A stretch of 62,679 nt of DNA, the filler included, from Sphacelaria rigidula (taxonomy: Eukaryota), in assembly GCA_964200075.2 (NCBI GenBank). It is 6 parts of 6 records of this genome, joined end to end, with 100 filler letters (N's around TTAATTAATTAA, not from the genome) between each part and the next. Parts side by side here need not be neighbours in the genome. Positions count along the whole stretch, not along the records: positions 10,465 to 20,828 come from CAXNAA020006648.1; positions 20,929 to 31,291 come from CAXNAA020006649.1; 4 more parts are not named here. One strand, given 5' to 3'. A model generated the notes under the pieces. That model saw nothing but the letters and a program-made list of their open reading frames with translations. It ran no database searches and was not told the DNA's origin. The translations under genes were made by a program, and so were the position numbers. Below are positions 11,749 to 23,738 of this stretch, piece after piece. Position 1 is the first letter of the stretch. Every line of letters starts with the position of its first letter.

Positions 11749-14470
11749 CACAAGCGCGGGGGCGGGGGCTCCGGAGCTTCCTCCCTTGGGGTGGGGCGAG
11801 ACGGAAATGGCCGTGCCGAAACGTTCGCAAGCATCTTGGCACACCTGCACAGGCAAGTTCGTGGAAATCCCGCGGCGGTATCGTGGTGTATTTTTGCGCT
11901 GTCTTCTGTTGCCGTTTGCCAAATGCGAATCTCAATATCTGCGTATAATGTTTACTTACAATATTTATATAGTAGCAATGGTCGACTTGGGCGGAAGGCT
12001 GAGAGTTCCAATTCCGACAAATCCATCTTCTGCAATAATATGTTTGCCCTTGTTGAAAACGTGAGAACTTTACAACGACAAAAAAGCTTTGACGAGAGTT
12101 CGGCGCAGTGCGGGAGCGCTGGTCCAGTTCACATTATAGAAATGAACGGCACGTGTGGGGAGAGAGATGAGTTGATCCGCTGAAACCGCGACTCATCTCG
12201 AGGAAGGGCGAAGGGGCGGGATTGAAAGAAGGGCGAGAACAAGAAAGTGGCGTTATTTTACGAGCTACCCGCTTGAGCATTGCCAGCGAGCTACTTGCGC
12301 GATTCGGAACATTCACAAGGTCAACCGCGGGTGGTCGCGCGTTTCCCCTGCATTTCGCCGGGAAAAACCAACACGTCTGAAGTGTTGGCGTTGTGAAGCA
12401 TGTTCGCATCACGTCGCATTTGCATTGCGTTCAACATGAACGGAAACAGCTCTGAAAAGTTTCCATATGTTACCTAGGCTCATTCACGGGATGGCTGACT
12501 GTCGTGAGAAAATTACGTGACTCGTTCTAGAAATCGCTCGACGAAATGACCAGCGCGTATTATGCACTTGCCTAAAATTGTTGCCTGAAGCCCGGGATGA
12601 AAACGCAGATACCACACATGCAGTTCCGTTGTTGAAGCTGACTCAATGGAAGTATCCAGGCTAGTTTAAGGGTAAAGGTGGGAACTACCACATGAAAGGG
12701 ACCGATTCCTACAAGTGTCTGTCAGGGAATCATGTTTTCACATTGGCGACACCATGAGATAGCTCTCGTCCGCTTCACGAACAAAAGGTCCCGGGTTTAA
12801 ATCCCGGATCCCACCAAAATGGTGGGAGCCAAAAAAATGGTGGATACCCTTTGTAGCAGAGTTTTAAAAGTCACGGAAAATCTCCTGCGGCGATTGTTGG
12901 TTGCGTGACCCAACACACGTAGAAGATACGTGAATTGAAACGCAAGATTCCAATCGCTAGCCGGCGTAAAAGGTAACTCATACAAAACCTCGAATAGGTT
13001 CCTGAACGGGGTGGGGGGGGGGGGGTAGTGGGGGCCACCACATAGAAGGGGCAACTTCCTACAAGCGTCTGATAAGGAATCACTTTTTCACATACACATG
13101 AAAAACGTTCGGGAATCCTACGGAAGGTGCGAAAAAACTCCTACGTGCTGAATGAAGATGAAACACAGAAAGTTACACAACCGAAAAGCACAGAGACAGC
13201 AAAAACGAACACGCAGCACACGAGAAATCTCAGGACTCCTAAAAGACCCTTGAACAAGCCCTCCAGCACAACACAAGGATGGCGCAATCCTAAAGATGCA
13301 GTAAAAAATATTCAATTCAAAACAATTCACGCTGAGATAAACACGAATTCGGAACACGTGCAACAGAGGATACAACCACGCTGCGTAGAATACCTCCAGG
13401 TGCTCGTAGAGACTTTGTAGGCCGCGAGGCTCGGCGACGGCTGCGCAGTTCGGGAACAGCAACACCCGAGGGCTGTTGGCATCCACAACGGCGGAAGAAT
13501 CTGCGAGCGTTTCCCAAACATCTGCCAACAGCCCTGACAGTCGAGTAGCCTGCGAAAGTAAAATAACCGAGGCTGCACATCATGAAAAAATATAGGAATG
13601 GGTGGACTTTCACATGTATGTCAGTTTTGGTCGAGACTTTTTTTTTCACATTCAAACCGTCCTGATCAAAGCATACAACTGGAAATCAACGCAAAATAAT
13701 TTCCCAACAAACTTCGTCCGAACTTCTTTGCATTGTACACCTCTAGGCTAACGAATTCGATTTGATTCTTTTTCGTCCATGCAGGTATGATATTTTCTCA
13801 TCCTTCAACTTATCCTTCCGCCAAAAGGCGGGAATGGTAGAACTGAATATCCATGAAAATTCCGGAAATGGTGCGCACGGTTTCAGTTCTTCGTTGTCTC
13901 TGGCAAACACACACACACGCACACGTATAACAAACGTGAGTACTGACAGGCACAAAGACCCTCACTCAATGGCCTTCTCAAAGCGTACATCTACTATTAT
14001 CAGCACCCAGCAACCACGCATTTCACATCATGTACAGGAGTGGCAATGAGTTCAATCTACAAGGGGCGCTGTGCTGTGGGTGTGGCGATGCTTTGATGCC
14101 TTGAGGTATCCTTACATACGCATATATGACAAATGACGCAGCCGTGGGCTGCGGCAAATACAACCGTACTTTGATGGACGCAACCGTGGCTTCACTCCAC
14201 ACTGACGAAATAAGGCCAAGTGTCACCACGACGCCATACCGGCTAAATTGGCGCAGGAGCCGTTGATCCTTGCACCTAGTACAATTGTGCACGTCTCTGC
14301 ATATATCTGTCTCTCTTCACCTCGCTGCTTACCCACCTGTTTACCTGTCTACCCCCAACCCCCACCCCACACCTACACCTCTCCCAGCCCCCCCTCTCAT
14401 CCTCCACTCCACACCACTCCCNNNNNNNNNNTTTCCTTTCTCCCTCCCCCCCCCCTCTTCCCCCCCTTTT

Positions 14471-14501
<31 letters not shown>

Positions 14502-17500
14502 CCTCTCCCTCCCTCTTCCTCTTCCCTTCTCCGTTCTTCCGTCTCTCGCTTTTGTTTTCCGGGCAGAAATCGACAGACAACAACAAATATGATTCGCAAC
14601 GTACCGGAACACCTTAATCGACGGAGAAGATGCGTTCCGACACAAGGAGGACAAACGCAACGAAATCTACCCTACAAAACGAAAAACCACTCAGTATGTG
14701 ACATCACTACCAAGCAGCAGTAGCAGCTCACCGTGGACACTACAGTAGAACACCCCGGGAATTTTCCCTCTGCCCACTGCTTCATTTCCTCCTCACCCAC
14801 CACCGGCGTCGCCATGCTCAGTTCTCCAGCCACGGCGGACCCGCGTGCTGTGACAGCTCGACCCTGAGGAAGTCTGCTGTGCAGCGGCGCAGAGCAACCT
14901 AGCGCATGCTTAGGGCTACTGCTTGGTACAGGCACCGTAGAAGTTCTCTTCTGAAGTGGCACGGCAGGGATACCTGCCGACGGGTGGGGGGGTGGTAGCG
15001 TTGGGTGTGGTGATGGGATCAGGGGTGACCCGGGTGGGGATTGGGGCTGCACACTTGACGCTTGTAATATTCTTGTAGCAGATAACCTTGTTCTAGGCCC
15101 TACACCTGTCCGGATGAGGATACTTGGGCGTAGATCCAAGTAGTACCAGAGTATCTTCATGCCCACTCTTCTCGTCAATAAGTATGGGATAAATCTGTGG
15201 GTGCACCATCCGCGGTTGGTGTATCCACTCCGCCTTTACTCGTCTGAGTTGATCATATCGATTTTCGCTACTCGTGTTAGCTTAATCATTTCGTGACTCA
15301 GTCCATCTCTTACTCTCTCGGGCACGGTCCTCGATATTCGTATTCGCACCTGCTGGTGTGTCTACGTGTACATGGGTTGTTTCCCGAAGGCTGACCAAGG
15401 CATACTCTGTCCCTGTAATGGGAACTCGTTATTATCTATGTACTGTGCTTTTTCGACGCCTTCGATCATCCCGTTTCCGACTGTTCCGGGATCTACCACT
15501 TCCATCAATCTCATATATCTCCACGCCATGCTCGGTCTTTTCCAGAAAGCCTTCTGCCCTATCGTCTTCAAATCGTCGCGTGCCAGGGCACGGGAGACGA
15601 CGCCTCTCGAGCGAAACGAATGCATAGAGAACAGGCCCTTTATTCCAGCATCCTTTCCTCGTTGTCTGAGTGCCGCTGTCATGTGGGCGGCCGGCATCGG
15701 TGTCGAACCGCGTTTTGGGGTCGCTGTTGAAGTGTCAATCTGGGGAAAGATATAGCCTTGGGTCATATTCCAACCCATTGATGTATCTACCTTTGACCAT
15801 TGCTTCACTGCTCGTACAGGGAATGTTGCGGGGTAGAGCTGATTGTACGGTACAGTGAGTAGATGGCCTGAGCCTCCTCGTAGTGTTTCCCCACATTGGA
15901 AGTTAAACATGAAAACACTGTGGTTGAGGAGTCTGAGAATGCGTTGGATGAGGATCCTCGTGAGCTCGTCGCCGCGCTTAGTGGTGCCAAATGCTACTGT
16001 GAAGAGGGCGGTGTCTCGGGCCAAGAGTACCTGCCCCGTAGCATCTCTAGTACATTTGTAGAGCTGACCCCAATGGGGTGATCAGTTCAAGGAGGTGGCT
16101 GTGTAGCAGAATCGGCGCTTGTTTTACTAGTACTCCTGCTTTCTTCTGTTCTTCCCTGGTGAACATCGTATTTTGTTCACCGAGGTTGCTGCGGACTGGT
16201 TTTCCGATCCGTAGTGCATCGCTCCAATCGGACTTCGTTCCAAGCTCGTTCTCGAAGGCCGTTGCTAGTTTCGACGTATAAATCGTCCGTAAGATCGTGT
16301 GCGTATCTGTAGGTACATTCCCCCGTTTCGTTGAGCAGTCGATGAGTCCGCGGGTACCTACTGCAGCGCAGTGTCTAGCATGTACTGGCGTACGTCCTTT
16401 CCCACATGCACCAAGCCAGCACAAACAGGCTACGATATCGGTTGGCTGCGCTGCTGTCCAGTATCTGGGGACGCACCCGGGTCGAGAGGCTAAGAATCTA
16501 TTAGATAGTTCTGTTGTAGAATCGTGTCTCTTTGCTGAGGCTAACGCTGCCATGGCTAGCGTAAACTGAATGTATCGTTTCTGTATAACCTCCTCGTCGA
16601 TTCTGAATGCCAACCCTTGCGTTCCCCTCGTGGCTAATACCGAACTCCTCATGCCGCATCATTGACAATATAAAAAGTCTTCGTCGTTCTCTCCGTGGCA
16701 CTCGATACAGCACTCTCGCTCGCGAGGCGGAGACGCGGGTCATACTCGAGCTGTGGCTGGGCGGGTTGCGCTTATGGCCTACGTGGGCGAGCATCGTTTT
16801 TATCCGTGCTAATAACGGCTGCACCAAAGCAAGGAGCATTAGGAGCGCCTGGATGTTTTGAAATGATTGCGCGATAAGAGAAATCGTCAGGTGGTTCTCG
16901 GGTACCCCACCTATGGTATTTGTCGTCTCAGAGGACAGAGCATCTCTTGTTAAACTTTTGCAATACAGGGTCATCCCGAATATCATTCATTCATCAGGCT
17001 CGAAAGTCCACTTCACTGCGTGCATATCCCATTCATGAAACATGTACGCCTCCTGTCGTCGTTGATGGTGGGTACCAGAGAACTGCCTTTTCTCCCCTTT
17101 TCGAGATACAAGCTTGGTACGTACGACTGCTTTTGTGAGCATGGGATGCCACGAGGCCGGTCGTTATCGCGGTGTTGGGTCTCACCGCAGATGAGTTGCC
17201 CATGAATCAACTCATGTACGCCTGCGCGGAAATTCTGGCAACCAGCACGTTCATTAACATCACGACGGTGCTCCAACCCTCGATGGCAGCCAGCGTGTCC
17301 TCCGACGATCGTGGAGACCTCTAGACCCGAGCACTGCTCGAGGCATCCGTCGACTACGTGTGGGCCGCTGACGGCACCACCCACGGCGGCTTGAGGAATG
17401 TGGGCGACTCTTCATATTTCTAGGCGCGCTTTCCCCACCTCCAACACCGCTACCACCCCCTACCCTCTCACCCCCACCTCAACCACCTTCCTACTCCCAT

Positions 17501-19031
17501 GTCCCGGTGGACCTAACCGAAAATCCCAACCCAACTGCTGGTTGCCAGAATTCCCTGACAGACGCACATGAATTGATTCATGGGCAACTCGTCTGCGGTG
17601 AGACGCAACACCGCGATAACCTTCTGGGGGTTGATGATGGAGACGGCGCCCCTGCGCCTCGTATGCGAGCTCGAGAAGAGAGTCGACAGTAGGTATCTCT
17701 TTCGGGGCGGACATATATAACGTGTCGGGTACCATGACTGGGTGTTACACGGTTGGACTGTAGGAGGTCGGAAGTGTAGCGTGCGAATGGGGAGGGCGAG
17801 CCCACGTGCAGCGGGGCGAGCCTTCGCCGTCGGAGCTGTCTCAATGCGGTTTCTGCTTTCCGTGCTGTTTATCGGTGAGTAGGAACTAATGATCAGTAAA
17901 GAACTGGCTAGGTGTGGCGCTCATATATCGCTCTCACTTGACAGCCCCGTATCATAACGCCTACGGCTATATGTACAACTTCCTGTCAAATGATCTAAGC
18001 TAGCTGCCCTCCTCTTCTCCCTACCCTTCGGGTTACCCTTCAAGATTGAATCGCTTTCGACATAAAGTACTCAAATCAGGTTCACTGTTTTAATAGTTTA
18101 GCGCGGGGTTTTGGATTGACCCGTTGGCCGGAGGAACTTAGACGGCCCGCGACTGTAACGAAATTTCCGCTTCCCACACGATGGATGCATCAAAACAATA
18201 CGTGTCAACCACAGCCCCCATGACCTACTTCGTCGATCGGTATAAAGGGGACCTACGGGGTGAAAGGGGGGGCTCACGGGTGTTGCAAAAGCGTAGCGCG
18301 CGACCTTGTAGGTTGTCGACTCCGGAACATAAAGAAAGTCGATTACATCGTAAAAATATTACGTGTGAGTGTCGCACAGCATTTCAACACCACTCGGCAG
18401 TATTGGATGTGGCCTCGCTGCATCACGAGAGCTGAGTGATGAAGGACATCAGCGACATGATGGATGATTTGCCTCGCTGGCAAACCACTATACTCATTAT
18501 TATAGCAAAGATACCATGCTATCCTTGTAGGAAGATACCCACGGCATCGCTCTGCTGCACAGTCACATTACGGGAACATGTTTTGTACTGAGTGCTGTGG
18601 CTCGGGGCTGCAACAGTAGCCTAGTTACACGATGTACAGGTACAGCAACAGTAGTACGTAGTATAGGGTATGGGTTGGGCCGCACATTTTTGGATATGAA
18701 CATGATTCATTCATGCACCTTCGCTGGCTGAAATTGCGCTCCATGCCTTGAGCTCTAAACTTCCCTAAGCAACCTAAATTCTACAAAAGCAGCATCAAAT
18801 GACTTCGTCATCTCCCATCCCCGCAATCCCTAACATGACAAGTACTCACTGGCACACCCTACATGTACCCCCGGCTGTAGGACGCGCGGTGTACACCAAA
18901 CACAAGTCGGGCGTACCTGGAGCTCGAGCAGTGGATGTAGAGAACGGAGCTACAAAGGCGACAGACGTCGAAATAAGAGACGAAATCGTCCCTATGGCCA
19001 ACAGATAAATGGAGGGCGCAGTAGCCCCCAT
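11749..19031 (-). CDS. Uncharacterised plastid-targeted protein (first four exons; 3' end not resolved)
   Basis: Exons 19031-18917, 14973-14732, 13549-13394 and 11844-11749 all have canonical splice sites and matching phases. Translation: MGATAPSIYLLAIGTISSLISTSVA-FVAPFSTSTARAP/GIPAVP...ELSMATPVVGEEEMKQWAEGKFPGCSTVVST/ATRLSGLLADVWETL...VLLFPNC...LYEHLE/VCQDACERFGTAISVSPHPKGGSSGAPAPALV. It has a signal peptide, an ASAFAP-type cleavage motif and an S/T/R-rich transit peptide. Confidence 0.8.
15180..18000 (-). mobile_element. Degenerate DIRS-type (tyrosine recombinase) retroposon in intron 1 of the plastid-protein gene; boundaries approximate
   Basis: YR catalytic domain at 15362-16024, ALOG-like domain and Zn ribbon at ~16047-16720, possible C-terminal pol/methylase remnant at ~16985-17150, and gag-like remnants at ~17160-17850. 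No RT or RNase H is recognisable. Confidence 0.8.
15362..16720 (-). pseudogene. Zn-ribbon + ALOG + tyrosine recombinase ORF, frameshifted
   Basis: CIECHGENDEDFLYCQ*CG (in-frame stop). FLASR...DIVACLCWL...GKGRTPVHARHCAAVG...DC...SKLATAFENELG...EEQKKAGV is ALOG-like. The YR tetrad region reads TTKRGDEL...MHSFRS...AFWK...AWRYMR. There is a frameshift near 16030-16050. Confidence 0.85.
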
Positions 19032-19974
19032 ATTTTCAGCTGTCATCCCTGCCCTAGTTAGCAAGGCTGGCAACCCCTCACGAGGATGGTGGACGACTTG
19101 TTCTATTGTTTCTAAGGTATCTGTGCCTACTGTTTCAGACCCGCAATGGAAAGGAGAAGAGTCTATTCGCCCCTGAGAACAACAATAATGCCGTTGCACC
19201 ATTGACTACAACAAAATTAATTTTGCGAATATTAACGATACTCCGGAAAGTCTTTGAAAAATCCCAGGACGCCAAGTTTACTTACTGCGACTTCCTAAAA
19301 ACAATTGAACATGGAAAATGATGTCAGTAAGTGCATGGCATAAAATAATAATGACATATGTATGGCGTATACTCAAAATTTGAATTTATAAAGGAGATAT
19401 AGATGCAGACCACCGTCGAGGACGTGAGCCCAGCGTGAGCTGGCTACGAAAGACGCACAGGTGGAGTATGAGCATACGGTTATGCCCTCATTCGACGGCC
19501 TTGGAGGCTATCCCGTTCACTCCTTTCTTGTCCATGCTTACCGCCTTTTCACAAACACTACAGCGAGGGTGCTACTTTACAAAACATGCACAGCAAACAT
19601 GCTTGAAGCTCCAGACCTTGCCTGCGATATACATCGCAAGCGTGCCTTCGCACGAAGAAAGCTGTTGGAACCCACGCACAACCTTCCTTTGGCAAATTGA
19701 TCTAGGAGCAGGTCTCAGCCGATAGAGGGCTGTTGGAACAGAGATTGACGCACAGGCATGCGGCTTTGAGGATCCGTTGATTGGAGCGTCTGTCGTCCTC
19801 TGTCGCTCCCTTCCTTCCTTTTTTTGGACACTACTTACGGCCACTCTCCCGGGCACGTTTTGCCGACTTCCCAGGCAAATGTTAATGTTACGCACGTCGG
19901 ACAGCTCATGAGCTAGCTCATCGACGGGCGGTAGCTCACTTGTAGTCAAACATGTACATGTGAGCTACGTCCGA

Positions 19975-20540
19975 TAGCTCAACATAACGTGAACGTGCGC
20001 TGATAAGCTACGAGTTGGTAGCTCACCCAGGACAAACATGATTAGCTCATGCAGCTCTCATAGCTCACCCGGGGCGAATATAAGCTGATGAGCTACGGGT
20101 TGGCAGCTCACCCAGGGCAAACATGCGTAGCTCATGCAACTCTCATAGCTCACCCGGGGCGAATATGAGCTGATGAGCTACAGGTTGGTAGCTCACCTAT
20201 CGCAAACGTGCGCAGCTGATACAGCTCTCATAGCTCACCCGGGGCGAATATGAGCTGATGAGCTACAGGTTGGTAGCTCACCTATCGCAAACGTGCGCAG
20301 CTGATACAGCTCTCATAGCTCACTTGGGGCGAATATAAGCTGGTGAGCTACGGGTACGGGTTGATAGCTCACCCAGGGCGAACATGTGCAGCTCATGTAG
20401 CTCTCACAGTTCACCCAGGAAGAACATATGCGGATGAGCTACGCTCGGTAGCTCACCCAAGGCAAACATGTGTAGCTCACGCAGCTCTTGTAGCTCACCT
20501 GGGGAAAATATGAGCGGATGAGCTACATGGTCGTGGCTCA
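19975..20540. repeat. AGCT-rich tandem repeat, 85-bp period, about 6-7 units
   Basis: TAGCTCACCCGGGGCGAATA recurs at 20061, 20146, 20231 and 20316 (exact 85-bp spacing), with degenerate units on both flanks. Confidence 0.92.
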
Positions 20541-20828
20541 CTCACGTCATATACCTAGCTCGCCGCTGGCCAACCCCGTGTCGTTTATGATATACTTCCT
20601 CTGGGGCGAAATATAAGCTCGCTTGGAGGAAAAGTGACATATCTCGTTCCCATTTGCAAGTCTTTGTGAACGGTTTTTTTTGCCGTTTTCGCGAGCACCT
20701 CGAGCAAAGCCCAAAACCGATGTCTTTTCTGAGTCCCAAACACAGCAGTACCTACTCACCCGGCAAGCAGGTGACAAAAAAACAAAAGACGGAAATCCAC
20801 CGGTTGGAAGCCTTCCCATCCTTTTTTT

Positions 20829-20928
20829 NNNNNNNNNNNNNNNNNNNNNNNNNNNNNNNNNNNNNNNNNNNNTTAATTAATTAANNNNNNNNNNNNNNNN
20901 NNNNNNNNNNNNNNNNNNNNNNNNNNNN
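20829..20928. other. Artificial contig spacer
   Basis: N44-TTAATTAATTAA-N44. Confidence 0.99.
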
Positions 20929-20983
20929 CGTTTTTCACTCTCAATCTTATCATCTACTCTCAGTATCACGAAAACAGTGTTTC
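20929..20983 (+). repeat. Dispersed repeat family C (CACTCTCAATC...CTCTCA...CACGAAAACAC)
   Basis: Also at 31420-31478 (+), 41573-41623 (-) and 52143-52217 (-); all copies lie at or near contig ends. Confidence 0.8.
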
Positions 20984-22097
20984 TTACCGATAAGGGTTAA
21001 GTTGTGCAACGAGAGCGATTGTGATGTCATGTTTTTCCCCGTCTTTTTTATCCGAAGTATCTCAAACTCGAGGTTCCCCGTGTATTTAGTGAGATACTAC
21101 TTCGGAATATTGAATGTGACGGAAACCTCGAGTTGGGGATGCGGAATATTCCGAATCGAGGGAATATGTGTTTCGTGGCAGAGATGAAATTTCCAACCGC
21201 CCAGTTAAATTAGATTGAATCACACATTGATCATCACAGATACGAGATGATGAACACCGGACAGAACCTGAAAGGCTCAGGTCGTGGAACGTCTGTATCG
21301 CTCATACCGAACATCAAAGCGATTGTCGTTCAACACGCTGAGGAGTGGTAGGCAGACATAGTAGCAAGCCCGCAGAACGGTAGCCTCATCATCCAGCCAT
21401 GAAGTACCTCTGTTGTCGAGAGACTGATTCGTGCAATATCGTGCAACATACCTCGTGTTTCGTGAATAACCGAGCTCTTCACGTACTCAACGTCCATGTA
21501 AACCTCACCAATTTTACTCACCTCTAACCCCATAATGGAAACCAACGCCTGGAACGATTCATTTTTATCTTGCATAGTCTCGTCGGGGCATGCGTCGAGG
21601 AAGACGTACACCATTCCCAAGTTGAGCTCGGCCGGACATCTCCCTTGAAACGTCTCTAAGCAGTACTGCCGTATGACACGAAGCACAACAACGAACGACG
21701 AACGACAAGGATTAGGTTCAAAGGGGGCGTGGGAATAAACGGCGAGGGCGATGGGGGTACGAATCAGGGCGGGCCGAACGTCTAGGCGATAGGCAGGTAC
21801 GGCACTGCAAGTCCGCTTTTACTCATCACGTTAGACGGGGGGTTTTGTAATCGTTTTATCTTCAAATAATTTGTCGCATGCACGCAGAACCCGTGCTAGC
21901 ATTATAACTGAAAGCCTCACTGCATCCCAACAGAAAGTTCCGGAAACGAACAGGCAGGAAAAAAAAATGGGATATTTTTCGTTTGATTGAATTTTAGTAA
22001 GGAGACGCAAATTATTTCCTAGTTCTTGGCTCAAAAAATTGTTTTTCGAAACTTTCTAATAATGTAGCAGATGGCAGGATATATTGCGCGAGACAAT

Positions 22098-23738
22098 GAG
22101 CTAGGCCGGCCTAGACGCGGATTCAATCTCTCAGAGGCACTATCTCGTTGAACAGACGAGTTGGGCCTTGATCCGCATATCGTAATGATCATCAGATCAA
22201 CAGAAAGGTACTTACGTGCTCAAAAGTCAGGGCCGATTTTTTCTTGTTGATTGAACGCCATGTCTGGTAATTCCTACACCATACGGAGGTAGCGGCCATA
22301 CCAACGTCTATTTGAAAGCCCGAACGATATATACAGCGGATGATGACGATTTTTGGTGTGAAAACTCCCTGCAGCATGGGGAAACGATCAAAACCATCAC
22401 CTATACTTAATTCGCCACCTATCTCGAGATTTGGCGCACAGACGTATCTATACTTGGCATCGATATATTTTGAGTACACACTAAATGCACTGAATCTGGA
22501 TATTGCATCTCAGTTCTCAACAGTGCTGCTCTGAAATTTCGCATGAAGAATCGTCACCAGTGTTGGGCATGTGTGTTGTCTCATCTATTCTGAACGCCGG
22601 TCTACACCTTTCGATATATGTTGATTGATTTATTAATCGATTGTCGCACTACAACTGACCCCCCAGGAGTACAGCCTTGGTCTATGTGTGGGCGCACCAG
22701 GCGAGGTCACAAAAAAAAAAGGTCAACACAAGAGTTTCTTCTTTTTTCTTTGTTTTCAATACCCCACTTTTCATCTGCTGTGCTTACCTTTACTTTTGAT
22801 AGCGAGAGGGCTTCAGCAGTCCCCTCGTCGACCGTCAGGTCGGATTTTGTGTACCCACGACATAGTCATCCACTGTTGGGCATGGTGTGAGAAAACATCC
22901 CAGATCGCTCCGAGTATTCAACCCACGACCCAACCGTCAGAAGGTTTTGAGAGCATAATGGAAACAAATCCGCATTTTCCCGTGTTTTTTTTTTCTTCAT
23001 GGGAGTTGGAAGGGAATATGAACAATGCTCTCGGATTTCATCTCAGTTTTTCAGCTCAATTTTCAGAATGAGGATTTGAAACTCATCATAGAGAACCAAT
23101 CGCAAAGGCATGCCGAAAAAATGAAAGGCCTTCAACTTTTCGGGGGGGAGACGTCTGGGCGTCCTCGTAAAATATTATGGTTCTTATTTGTTAACCCCAA
23201 ACATGCCAAAGAAGTGGGGGGGAAAATCATCATATCCCACTGTTTTTCGCTCGTTATGGCCTAGCGAGGTCCCATACAGGCCATATCTCATCAAATTGTT
23301 TTTGACTCGAAAACGTACGGTGCAATCGAATGTGCTTTGTACTCGACACGTCCACGGAATTTATATTCTCAACCATCTGAAAAAAATAGTGGCGTAGACG
23401 AATCAGAAACGAGCGAAGTCGAGTTGACCGGACGTTTTCGACCCGAAAACAATTTGATGAGACACGGCCGCAGATCCAAAACACAAGTAACACACCTTGA
23501 TCGATAAATGACCTGGAAAACATTGTTCCGACTTGAGCCCGGTCAGGCTTCTAAATCGTCCCCGTCTGTGCGGAGAATCAGGAAAACGCCATGAACTCCC
23601 GAAAAAAATGTCAGTTTCCGGTTCAACTGTTTTTGCGTGCCCTACTCTTTCTCCGTACCAAATTTGAGAGGCCAACTCTCAAAATTGAGGTGAGGCAGGG
23701 TCTGCAAACCACAATTCGCGTCTAGGCCGGCCCAGCTC
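22098..23738. mobile_element. Non-autonomous TIR DNA transposon (~1.6 kb) with nested SINE
   Basis: 26-bp terminal inverted repeat GAGCTRGGCCGGCCTAGACGCGRATT at 22098-22123 and 23713-23738. No transposase ORF, and no clear TSD. Confidence 0.75.
22571..22950 (-). mobile_element. SINE family A copy (minus strand) interrupted by a short (TTGA)n-tailed insert at ~22620-22683
   Basis: The reverse complement aligns with 1761-2120 and 55184-55520 (GTCGTGGGTACACAAAAT, GCTGAAGCCCTCTCGC, GTGTTGACCTTT, AATAGATGRGACAACAC). Confidence 0.78.

Noticed and set aside
780..12810. tRNA-like segments (~800-860 minus, ~7840-7900 minus, ~11295-11367 minus, ~12760-12810 plus)
   Set aside because: They have B-box-like GGTTCGAA motifs but no convincing cloverleaf or acceptor stem; more likely SINE heads or relics than tRNA genes.
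12687..13095. ~57-bp imperfect direct repeat (12687-12743 vs 13038-13093)
   Set aside because: Intronic and degenerate, with no internal coding or PBS/PPT features to support an LTR or TRIM call.
14169..14667. Extra candidate exons (ISLRLSS...; CKDQRLL...SIK) in the plastid-protein gene
   Set aside because: Exon 14732 splices directly and more sensibly to 13549 (CSTVVST/ATRLSG). The intermediate pieces lack supporting signal.
19975..20540. CRISPR-like array
   Set aside because: Whole 85-bp units repeat with no unique spacers, there are no cas genes, and the context is eukaryotic.
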